From positions 1-59,874 of the IMG/VR virus record IMGVR_UViG_3300025133_000113: a DNA stretch of 59,874 bases, one strand, 5' to 3'. A model generated the notes under the pieces. It was not told where the DNA came from, did no database searches, and worked only from the letters and a program-made list of their open reading frames with translations. The position numbers were made by a program, and so were the translations under genes. This DNA is from a virus. Taxonomy: Duplodnaviria > Caudoviricetes. Each line of letters opens with the position of its first letter. The first letter of the stretch is position 1. Positions 36,565-44,982 of this stretch are shown here, piece after piece.

Positions 36565-38370
36565 ATGTCACACTTATTAAATACAGGTACAGTCGGAAAC
36601 ATCGGACTAAACCACATGAAAGACGTGAGAAAGAAAGTACAAGATAAATGGGATTCCACTGGTTTCCTTGCTGGATTGGAAGGACACATTAAGGAGAATA
36701 TGGCTCAGTTGTACGAGAACCAAGCTGGTAGCTTGATTACCGAATCAACTAATGCAACATCTTCAGGTTCTTTTGAGACTGTAGTTTTCCCTATCGTAAG
36801 AAGGGTATTCTCAAAATTGCTAGCGAATGATATCGTTAGTGTACAAGCGATGAACTTACCAATTGGTAAATTGTTCTTCTTTATACCACAAACATCTAGC
36901 CGTGTTGACGCTGCTAACCAGCCTGGTAGTAACTATAATGGTGAAGCAATTGTTCCAGGAAGCCAATTCTCTGCACATACATCTATGGCAGTAGACGGAT
37001 TACCTGATTGTGTAAATGCTGTTGCAGGTTGTGCTGTTACACCAATGATGGGTAAAAACCTATATGACCTTTTCTACAACGATGGTCTTTTTGATAACTC
37101 AAAAGGTACGTTGACTATTAGAGTAGGTACATTGTCTGCCGTTTTGCTTGATGCAAACGGAGATTTCTCTAATACTGTTGGTGCATTGCCAGCAGCTACT
37201 GACGGAACTGTAAGAGAAGCGATTATTCGTGTATCTGGTTTCGCGGCAAACCCAGACCTAGATAAAGGTCGATTGACTGGTCCTGATGGACACCCAATGG
37301 ACACTGAGTCATTCTTGGCGTCACTTACTGTTATTAACAATGGTGTTGCAATTCTTGACCCAGATGCTGACCCAATTATTGCAAACGGTGGTTCTGTACC
37401 TTTCCGAGTGGTAACACAAAGATATGGTAGTGGTATCGTAGGATATGATAACATTTGTGATGCAAATGGTGATATCTTCTTGGGATGTGATTTAACTCAC
37501 CCTGTAACTGCTGCTGGTACATCAACATTTGATGGATACGTAGGGGCTTCAGGTTTCACAGGATTATCTGCTGCAACTTTCAACGTTGCATGGGCTGAAT
37601 ACGCAAGTCTTGAGTTCGAAACTGAAATGGGAGAAGTAAGCTTCACACTTGATGAGGTTGTTGTTTCTGTTGAAGAAAGAAAATTAAGAGCTACTTGGTC
37701 TCCAGAGCTTGCGCAAGATGTTAGTGCATTCCACAACATTGACGCTGAAGCGGAATTGACTGCGTTACTTTCTGAGCAAATTGCTTCTGAAATTGACCGT
37801 GAAATTCTTAGAGACCTAAGAAAAGTAGGCGCATGGCAATCACGTTGGGATTACACGGGATGGAGAAAGTCAAGTCAAGCATCTAATGCTTACACACAAA
37901 AAGACTGGAACCAAACGTTAATTACTAAGGTTAACCAAATCTCTGCTCAAATTCACAAGTCAACTCTACGTGGTGGTGCAAACTTCATCGTAGTATCGTC
38001 TGAAATTTCAGCAATCTTTGATGACCTAGAGTACTTCCACGTTTCTGACGCAAGTCCAGAGCAAGACCAATATAACATGGGTATCGAGAGAATCGGTTCA
38101 CTAGGAGGACGTTACCAAGTGTATCGTGACCCTTATGCTCCATCTTGGTCAATGATTATCGGTCACAAAGGTAAGTCACTGTTGGATACAGGTTACATCT
38201 ACGCACCATACGTGCCAATGCAACTTACTCCTACAATGTACAACCCGTTCAACTTCGCACCAGTGAAGGGTATCATGACGAGATACGCTAAGAAGTCTGT
38301 TAATAACAGGTTCTACGGTGGAGTTCGTGTGGACGGAGTGCCAACATTCAACATCAACGAATTGAGATAA
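36565..38370 (+). CDS. gp23: major capsid protein (T4 gp23-like)
   Basis: FPIVRRVF, VSVQAM, RKLRATWSPELAQD, DAEAELTALLSEQIASEIDREIL, GYIYAPYVP, MTRY. Confidence 0.97.
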   Translation: MSHLLNTGTVGNIGLNHMKDVRKKVQDKWDSTGFLAGLEGHIKENMAQLYENQAGSLITESTNATSSGSFETVVFPIVRRVFSKLLANDIVSVQAMNLPIGKLFFFIPQTSSRVDAANQPGSNYNGEAIVPGSQFSAHTSMAVDGLPDCVNAVAGCAVTPMMGKNLYDLFYNDGLFDNSKGTLTIRVGTLSAVLLDANGDFSNTVGALPAATDGTVREAIIRVSGFAANPDLDKGRLTGPDGHPMDTESFLASLTVINNGVAILDPDADPIIANGGSVPFRVVTQRYGSGIVGYDNICDANGDIFLGCDLTHPVTAAGTSTFDGYVGASGFTGLSAATFNVAWAEYASLEFETEMGEVSFTLDEVVVSVEERKLRATWSPELAQDVSAFHNIDAEAELTALLSEQIASEIDREILRDLRKVGAWQSRWDYTGWRKSSQASNAYTQKDWNQTLITKVNQISAQIHKSTLRGGANFIVVSSEISAIFDDLEYFHVSDASPEQDQYNMGIERIGSLGGRYQVYRDPYAPSWSMIIGHKGKSLLDTGYIYAPYVPMQLTPTMYNPFNFAPVKGIMTRYAKKSVNNRFYGGVRVDGVPTFNINELR

Positions 38371-38393
38371 TCTCTCATTCAGATAATGATAAT

Positions 38394-38425
38394 AAGAAAA
38401 GGCTACCATATGGTAGCCTTTTCTT
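38394..38425. terminator. intrinsic terminator after major capsid gene
   Basis: Palindrome AAGAAAAGGCTACC-ATAT-GGTAGCCTTTTCTT. Confidence 0.9.
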
Positions 38426-38452
38426 TTGTCTTATAGTTTCATATTTATATAC

Positions 38453-38980
38453 ATGAAAAGCGATATTAAAATCTCACTTAGGGAAGCATTAGCCCTACAT
38501 GAAGTATCTGATGATGTATATGAATTGATTAAGCGTGATTACCCTAACGCTAGGATTACCATGTCACCTAAACGTGGTGATGGCACTCTTACTTATGCCC
38601 CAACACAACAATCAGATAAGGCGTTTGCAAAACCAACAGGCTTATGGTACGCCATAGGTACCGAATGGATAGACTGGGTTAGAAGTGAGATGCCCGATTG
38701 GGAAGGTGAAAACGCTTTCGCCTTAAGTATAGATGAGTCGAAAATCTTAAAACTCTCTAATCTCCAAGACCTGCAACAATTTGAGAACTTATATGGTGAT
38801 GGTGAGAGGTTTACTCAAATACGTTGGGATATGGTGGCAGCAAAATATGGCGGTATTGAAATAAGCCCTTATATTTATGAGGCTAGAATGAATATGATGT
38901 GGTATTACGGTTGGGATGTTGCCTCTGGTTGTTTGTGGGGTGATAATGTTGTCACCGATATCAACCCTATTGGTGGGTAA
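38453..38980 (+). CDS. Trp-rich hypothetical protein, late
   Basis: Start moved to ATG 38453, 4 nt after late motif; KPTGLWY...WYYGWDVASGCLW. Confidence 0.75.
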   Translation: MKSDIKISLREALALHEVSDDVYELIKRDYPNARITMSPKRGDGTLTYAPTQQSDKAFAKPTGLWYAIGTEWIDWVRSEMPDWEGENAFALSIDESKILKLSNLQDLQQFENLYGDGERFTQIRWDMVAAKYGGIEISPYIYEARMNMMWYYGWDVASGCLWGDNVVTDINPIGG

Positions 38981-38992
38981 CCTTTTTTGGTC

Positions 38993-39178
38993 TTAGCTTC
39001 TTACGTGGAATATCTCACTTACCTCACCAGTAGTACCATCATCATATTTGACTTTCATGACGAACACATACCCATTGAAATAGATATCAGTGATAGTAAT
39101 GTATCGTATTTCTTCGTCTACTGGTTCGTATTCGTATCTACCACCTATAACAATATCTACATCTGTTATTCTACTCAC
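38993..39178 (-). CDS. hypothetical protein
   Basis: Coupled ORF in a minus-strand operon. Confidence 0.55.
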   Translation of the reverse strand: MSRITDVDIVIGGRYEYEPVDEEIRYITITDIYFNGYVFVMKVKYDDGTTGEVSEIFHVRS

Positions 39179-39429
39179 ACTTTCTCGGTTATTGGTTCAT
39201 ATCGTTGTTGTATCTCTGAACATATGGTACACATATTTACATGCCACATATCGAGACGTGGGTCAAAATTCAGAGGTACAGGAATTATTGAACTTTCGCC
39301 ATTCTCGTCAACGTGTTCACATTCATCTTGTAAGGTTTTAATCAAAGTATCAACCTTTTCTAGTTGCTCTGTTAAGCGTTCTTTGGTGAGAAGCGCCAAC
39401 TCAACCTTTTCTTTGTGGAATTCACACAT
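39175..39429 (-). CDS. hypothetical protein with CxH / CxxC
   Basis: Coiled coil, then ECEH...CTIC. Confidence 0.65.
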   Translation of the reverse strand: MCEFHKEKVELALLTKERLTEQLEKVDTLIKTLQDECEHVDENGESSIIPVPLNFDPRLDMWHVNMCTICSEIQQRYEPITEKV

Positions 39430-39431
39430 AG

Positions 39432-39680
39432 TTAGTATGCTACTTCAATATCTCTAAACCTAAGTTGTTTGTCTGGAAAATCATCTAGTTCAATCCATCG
39501 TCCAACACCAGATGTGTCCCAGTATTGGTAACCACTCTTTCCAGCATATTGTTTATGGTATACATCTTTCTTGATGGTTATACGTTTGCGCATCTTATAA
39601 ACACGCTTGGTATTTATTTCAACTATCTCGTAACCATTCGGTGTGATATCACCCACTTCCGCTTCTTCTAAACTAGTCAT
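39432..39680 (-). CDS. hypothetical protein
   Basis: Operon member. Confidence 0.6.
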   Translation of the reverse strand: MTSLEEAEVGDITPNGYEIVEINTKRVYKMRKRITIKKDVYHKQYAGKSGYQYWDTSGVGRWIELDDFPDKQLRFRDIEVAY

Positions 39681-39864
39681 CTTTTTCAGGTTTCTTATCG
39701 AATTCGTTTCCTTGTGGTCTGTGAGCGAAACTGTGGTCTTTTTCAGCCACCAGTTTACGTATCCTACGACCTAGGTCTGTATCATTTGGGAACCTCTCAA
39801 TCAGGTCTCTAATATTTATCATAAGACCACTATTGTGTAAAATACTACTTGGTACGTTAATCAT
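39673..39864 (-). CDS. small protein with PNDxDLG..IRK motif
   Basis: FPNDTDLGRRIRK. Confidence 0.6.
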   Translation of the reverse strand: MINVPSSILHNSGLMINIRDLIERFPNDTDLGRRIRKLVAEKDHSFAHRPQGNEFDKKPEKDD

Positions 39865-39880
39865 TATCTATATAGATTAT

Positions 39881-39938
39881 GTACAACAAATGAGATGTTA
39901 TTGGGTAGGTTGCATAGAATAACATCCCACTTGTGTAC
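39881..39938 (-). other. 21-bp intergenic RNA hairpin
   Basis: GUACACAAGUGGGAUGUUAUU / AAUAACAUCUCAUUUGUUGUAC; one bulge, two G-U pairs, 15-nt loop. Confidence 0.75.
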
Positions 39939-40301
39939 TTACGTTGATATCCACTTTTCGTTTTCGTAATCATATTTGGCAATCATCATCATATCACCAC
40001 CATGTAGGAAGGTGAAAGAAGTCTCCTTTAATTCAAGACTCCTAACTGAATCACCTCTGGCGATTACTTCATATTCAGGTGCCCCTTCTAAGTAGTTGTG
40101 CGTTACCATAACTCTTTCACCTTTCAGTATCAAAGGTACGCTTAAACCGAATTGAACTTCGATGAATTTTCTAATGGTGGCACCTAAGTCTCCATCGTTT
40201 GGTGTGGTGTATACCATTCGTCTGACTTCCGTTAAACAGTCGTCATCACTGGCAGATGCACCAATCCACATCTTCATTATCTCTTCGTTAGTCAATTCCA
40301 T
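39939..40301 (-). CDS. hypothetical protein with PNDxDLG..IRK motif
   Basis: TPNDGDLGATIRK. Confidence 0.65.
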   Translation of the reverse strand: MELTNEEIMKMWIGASASDDDCLTEVRRMVYTTPNDGDLGATIRKFIEVQFGLSVPLILKGERVMVTHNYLEGAPEYEVIARGDSVRSLELKETSFTFLHGGDMMMIAKYDYENEKWIST

Positions 40302-40479
40302 CTAGTTTAGCTTTTAGCAAGTCTCGCGCCTCTATTCTTGTTTTGGCGGTAACATAATCACCCTTCTCACCATTAAAATAAGATGCAACTGACGATATGG
40401 TCATAGCGGCAACCTTTCTTGATGGTGTGGTACATTCGGTGTTAAAATGGTATATGAAATCATAATCTTCGTTTCTCAT
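40288..40479 (-). CDS. hypothetical protein
   Basis: ATG 4 nt after host-type promoter CTTG-N20-TATATTTG (40515..40484). Confidence 0.65.
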   Translation of the reverse strand: MRNEDYDFIYHFNTECTTPSRKVAAMTISSVASYFNGEKGDYVTAKTRIEARDLLKAKLDGID

Positions 40480-40493
40480 GGTACAAATATACC

Positions 40494-40530
40494 AAAAAAA
40501 AGCCAGTAAAACAAGTTACTGGCAATTTTT
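40494..40530. terminator. intrinsic terminator overlapping the downstream promoter
   Basis: GCCAGTAA-AACAAG-TTACTGGC flanked by A and T runs. Confidence 0.7.
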
Positions 40531-40541
40531 TGTTATAATAC

Positions 40542-41507
40542 TTACGCTTTACTACCGCAATTAGGGCAGAATTTGTAGTTGGTCTTGGACTTACTACCAC
40601 AGTTGTGACAGTATCGTCTCTTGTTCAACTCACTCGTTGTTATAGCCTTGGTAGACTCTGGCAACAAGTTAAATTCATACGTCTGGAAAGGGATTTCAAT
40701 GAACGTCTTGGTTATCTGAGTGAACTTCTGTGAAGAATGTGAACCCTCTTCAACCCGACCAGTTTCAACCTTCTTAGACTTCTTAACACTCAACCTTCTT
40801 AGAGGATTACTCGCATTGGTATCCACGAATGAACGTTTAAGGTCTTGACCCATTGATGCGCTCAGATTCATTTCACCTAGACTATCCATAGATGCCATAC
40901 CAAGGGTATTGGTAATAGAACCACAGTAACCAGCACTATTCGTACCAGCAGAACCAACTGTACCTGAATTTAAAAAGTCAGAACCACGTAAGTTGGATGT
41001 TGATGCACCTACACTCGTTGCACCAAAAAAGGTGTACGGATTAGGGTCAGTACTTGGAGAAGTCCATGGTTGGTTTCTCTTGTAATAATCCCAATCATTT
41101 AGTAATGGTAGGTCGTAATTAAAATGGTTATAATTAGGCTCCACATATTCCTTATGGAATGTAACCTTCAGGTCACCATTACTTTCGATAGCCTTACGCA
41201 CTTCAGATGTATTATTCACCTCATAGGTTTCAAATCTGAACTTCTTAGGAATATCGATGTATCGGTCTAAGAACACTCGTTCTCCTGGTCGTAATACTAA
41301 ACCACCTTGCCCTATACGCTTACCGTTCAGGGAGATACGAGCAGATATCATTTCAGATGTTGGGTTAAATACCTCAATCTGGAATTCTGTTCCGTTCTTT
41401 AAATAAAAGGTTGGTTTACCGTCTTTTGAGTACGACTTTAGTCTACTCTTGTTGATAGCTACATTGACAGTGGGTATAGCTTCCCCACGTGAGTTTGTGT
41501 GTGACAT
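40542..41507 (-). CDS. protein with C-terminal double-CxxC zinc ribbon
   Basis: GLVLRPGERVFLDRY; ETGRVEEGS; YCHNCG...FCPNCG. Confidence 0.8.
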   Translation of the reverse strand: MSHTNSRGEAIPTVNVAINKSRLKSYSKDGKPTFYLKNGTEFQIEVFNPTSEMISARISLNGKRIGQGGLVLRPGERVFLDRYIDIPKKFRFETYEVNNTSEVRKAIESNGDLKVTFHKEYVEPNYNHFNYDLPLLNDWDYYKRNQPWTSPSTDPNPYTFFGATSVGASTSNLRGSDFLNSGTVGSAGTNSAGYCGSITNTLGMASMDSLGEMNLSASMGQDLKRSFVDTNASNPLRRLSVKKSKKVETGRVEEGSHSSQKFTQITKTFIEIPFQTYEFNLLPESTKAITTSELNKRRYCHNCGSKSKTNYKFCPNCGSKA

Positions 41508-41645
41508 TTTGTTTAAGTTTTAATACGTCTTGTTATTAGCTCCCAATCAAATCATTACCACCTAGGATAATTCTTACGCCATATAGACGTTAGACTGAGA
41601 TATTGCTTAACTCTGTTTATAAATATAGTGAAAACTAAGAAAAAG

Positions 41646-41936
41646 TCAAGTTTTTGGTAAAACTAATCCAGTTTTTCTATAATTCTTAGCTAATTTGATG
41701 GCGTCTGGTTCACCTTTTAGATGGTTGAATATTATAGCCTCAAAGGTATCATCAGGGAGTTTTTTCATGAGCATGAAACGTATCCTGTGAGCGTCATATA
41801 ACGCCTGTAACTCGTGTATACCTAATTGGGTGACTATAGAAGCTAACTTCTTACCACCAATGACATCAGATAATGCTTGATTGTTACTTTGTGTATCTAA
41901 TTCATACCGCAAACTATTTGCTATCCTATCACTCAT
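41646..41936 (-). CDS. hypothetical protein
   Basis: Coupled to the upstream structural gene. Confidence 0.6.
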   Translation of the reverse strand: MSDRIANSLRYELDTQSNNQALSDVIGGKKLASIVTQLGIHELQALYDAHRIRFMLMKKLPDDTFEAIIFNHLKGEPDAIKLAKNYRKTGLVLPKT

Positions 41937-43351
41937 TGGCTATCTCTGAGTTCACTTTGAGAAACAATGCTGAAGTATAATACTTCCTTTAACGTGTTGA
42001 CTTCCAGATTGGTAGTCGCCTTTATATCAACAAAATATTCAGATGGTATTAGACTGGCTGTATCAATCAAGAAATAGTTATGATTGTTAGCCATTTCCAA
42101 TGGTTGGAAGTCGATAATTGTAAGTTCATTTATACCTTCCTTCGCATATAGACGGTATTGAACATCGTCCATTTTTTGCTCTTGGTTTACGGTATAAGGA
42201 ATCTTTGTTTGTACCGTTACTTTTCTAACGTCACCTCTCTTAATCTTCTCACCTCTGTTGATACCAGCAGCTACGATACCAGTCTTTTTAGGTAGCCCAG
42301 CAGCATCACCTATGTTGTACCAGTCATCAGCAGTTTTAAGGGCGAAATCAAGCGTTATATTAGGTCTACTGATACCGTTAATGGTAACTCCTGACCAAAC
42401 GTCATTAAACATCACACAATCCACCGCAGTACTTGTTGTGGGTACATTTATATCGATGCTGTAAACACCCTTTGTAACGTGCGTAACGGCACTTGAGGTA
42501 TAAGCTGAATATAATCCACCATCTTGGTCTAAGACTTGGACTGTCGGTAGAGCATCAAGATTAGTAGGTGTACCACCAAGGTTAACGTATAAGTATAGTT
42601 TATTATCTTTATCAAGGTAAAAATCGTGTCTATCATCAGTAATGTGGTCGGAATAAATGGTTTCAACATATGGTTCGTATATGCTCTGAGTGTGGTTAGT
42701 GAAGAACCCCACATATTGGTAGTTGTAGGTTACTAATTCTTCATATTCTTTTTGAAACGCCAGAGCTAAACCATTATTGGTTGCACCAGTTATTAGACCA
42801 TTAACAAATGAAGTGATATCCATATCAATATTTTCATTTCCTAGTGGGAAATTTTGAGTTTGAATGGTGATACCGCTTGTGGCTCCCGTAACAACCCCAG
42901 ATTCAGCCCATTGTCCTAACGTAGTAGCTGAGTACCAGTTAGATGGAACTGCATTGTATGCTGGTTGTCCAGCAGTAAACGTACAGTCTGAATAATCATA
43001 TCCGTTACCTTCAACCCAGTCTTGAGTTATAGGGAATAGGATAAGGTCGAATGAAGCTGCTCGGTCTTTACCATCACAGTTCTTTTCACCCAACATTGAT
43101 TTATCCAAACAACCAGTATTAATCATACGTAACGTATGTGTCATCTTGGTTAAGTCTGGGTATGTGCCACCACTGTAGGCGGTCTGTAATCTTGAAACAT
43201 CAAAATGGAATAGGAATCTAGTGTATTGTTGTGTATGGGTACTTCCAGTACCACCACCATAGTACAATTCCGTTACAGGATTTAACCCCGTATTGGTATA
43301 GCTATCTAGAATGATTGTATTGTTTCTATCGAAATAAGTTCTTAGTACCAT
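41933..43351 (-). CDS. putative virion structural protein
   Basis: T/G/N-rich beta-type composition; W.EG.GYD and FFT.HT...YEP motifs; late-like motif at 43364. Confidence 0.65.
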   Translation of the reverse strand: MVLRTYFDRNNTIILDSYTNTGLNPVTELYYGGGTGSTHTQQYTRFLFHFDVSRLQTAYSGGTYPDLTKMTHTLRMINTGCLDKSMLGEKNCDGKDRAASFDLILFPITQDWVEGNGYDYSDCTFTAGQPAYNAVPSNWYSATTLGQWAESGVVTGATSGITIQTQNFPLGNENIDMDITSFVNGLITGATNNGLALAFQKEYEELVTYNYQYVGFFTNHTQSIYEPYVETIYSDHITDDRHDFYLDKDNKLYLYVNLGGTPTNLDALPTVQVLDQDGGLYSAYTSSAVTHVTKGVYSIDINVPTTSTAVDCVMFNDVWSGVTINGISRPNITLDFALKTADDWYNIGDAAGLPKKTGIVAAGINRGEKIKRGDVRKVTVQTKIPYTVNQEQKMDDVQYRLYAKEGINELTIIDFQPLEMANNHNYFLIDTASLIPSEYFVDIKATTNLEVNTLKEVLYFSIVSQSELRDSQ

Positions 43352-43384
43352 TTTGCTTTATAAGTAAATATAGCGTAAAGTTGA

Positions 43385-44368
43385 TTAATTCACCTTAACA
43401 TTCTTGGATAATATAGTCTCCGTAGGGTACTCCAAGTATTCGACTATGAAGTTCTCACCATCAATAGCGCTAGGTTTAAGACCTGGAAATCTATGTATAT
43501 GATTCATGAGTGCCATTTCCAACTTTTTCATGTATTCTAATAAGGTGTCACCAAACACCAATGGGTGAGCCTCATCCAATATTTTCAATAACTCTTCTTC
43601 AGAAATATAATCATCTTGGTTTGTTAACGTGAACCTAGGTGCACCATCCTTATGTGTAAGTAGATTAATCTTATTGGCTACCACGTTGGCAACGCTACCG
43701 AATTCTGGCTTACTACTTCTGTTCTCACTCTCCTTCAACTTAGCATCGAACTTAAGTTGAATGTATGCTGGATTAGTCTTATTGAATATCTTATTATTAT
43801 CTAATACGTGTTGACCAGCACGTAAGAATACTTCATTCTCCTTTAGAATGAGGTCAGCATTATCTCTACCCTGTAATGCGATATCGTCATAATCAGGAAA
43901 GACCCCTTTAGCGTCCACCAATGTATCTATGTTCACATTAGGGGTTACAGGGGAAACACTTAAACTAGCCAAACCAGTTGTTTCAATAGTATCCTCTTTC
44001 AACCTCAATGGGCTGGAAATAATGGGACCTATGTAGAACCTATCAGCATACTTGGTACCATCATTGAAGGTGAATATGAATACCACCTCATTAACTTTTG
44101 GTACCACATTCAAGTGACTTGGCATTAGTGGAAAACAATTGGTCAGGTCACCATCGGCTATATTGGTATCCCAATTAGCTCCAGGTATACTGCAACGAAT
44201 TATTGTTGGGTCAGCGTTGAACCTTGCATCAGATTTGCGTTTTACCTCATCACTGGTATTGGGTGCCACTTGACCAACAACTTTAACGATACCGAGTTGA
44301 ATACCCATATCGTTGAATTGCTTATTGAATTCACTTGGTTGTCCGAATGTATATTTTGGATTAGACAT
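43385..44368 (-). CDS. baseplate hub / spike protein (gp5/VgrG-like)
   Basis: OB-type PKVNEVV..F, QGRDNADLILKENEVFLRAG beta repeats, C-terminal HIH. Confidence 0.65.
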   Translation of the reverse strand: MSNPKYTFGQPSEFNKQFNDMGIQLGIVKVVGQVAPNTSDEVKRKSDARFNADPTIIRCSIPGANWDTNIADGDLTNCFPLMPSHLNVVPKVNEVVFIFTFNDGTKYADRFYIGPIISSPLRLKEDTIETTGLASLSVSPVTPNVNIDTLVDAKGVFPDYDDIALQGRDNADLILKENEVFLRAGQHVLDNNKIFNKTNPAYIQLKFDAKLKESENRSSKPEFGSVANVVANKINLLTHKDGAPRFTLTNQDDYISEEELLKILDEAHPLVFGDTLLEYMKKLEMALMNHIHRFPGLKPSAIDGENFIVEYLEYPTETILSKNVKVN

Positions 44369-44531
44369 TTCTACTATTCAATATTCTAGTCGCTTTACCG
44401 TAACGTGCTGCCAGTTCATCTAGCTTATCACAATCCTTTAGCATTTTATTCTTAAGGGTCTCGTATTCGTTCATCAGAGATTTTTTAGCCATCTCCAAAT
44501 CACTATTTGATTTGTCTTCTAATTTTTCCAT
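44361..44531 (-). CDS. 56-aa coiled-coil protein (not in ORF track)
   Basis: MEKLEDKSNSDLEMAKKSLMNEYETLKNKML...RNV; coupled at both ends. Confidence 0.65.
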   Translation of the reverse strand: MEKLEDKSNSDLEMAKKSLMNEYETLKNKMLKDCDKLDELAARYGKATRILNSRNV

Positions 44532-44980
44532 TACTGTGCTACTCCATTACTACTTACAATACTTGGGTTTGTACCCACGCTGGTAACTGGGAATCCAGCA
44601 TACCCAACACCGTTGGTTTGAACCAGAATACTACCTGGGTCTATAGCGCTGGAAATCTTCATTTCCGTCTGTATTGCATTAACTACTTCTTCCATTCTGA
44701 TAACCTCTAAAGCGGTCATCACATTATTACCTTCTTTGAATATTTCTCCACCGACTGCATCGGATTCAGAAAATCTTGATATCACTCTGGCAGATATATC
44801 TCGTGCTGAAAGTCCAGGTCGCATCTTACTACCAATCATAACTAATGGTGGTGGTAATGACGTTGCTGGCGGCTTCATCATTGAAAATGCTGCTAATATT
44901 ATCTTAAGGATATTAGACATCGAACTTTTGCTATCTTTAGCTACGCCTACCTTCTGTGTACTTCTACATGTTTCTGCCAT
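44531..44980 (-). CDS. putative baseplate-associated protein
   Basis: PPPL...G...RPGLSA..I...I; position beside the spike gene. Confidence 0.6.
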   Translation of the reverse strand: MAETCRSTQKVGVAKDSKSSMSNILKIILAAFSMMKPPATSLPPPLVMIGSKMRPGLSARDISARVISRFSESDAVGGEIFKEGNNVMTALEVIRMEEVVNAIQTEMKISSAIDPGSILVQTNGVGYAGFPVTSVGTNPSIVSSNGVAQ

Positions 44981-44982
44981 GA

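Noticed and set aside
41590-41605. Hammerhead ribozyme core
   Set aside because: CTGAGAT does not match CUGANGA and no properly placed GAAA was found
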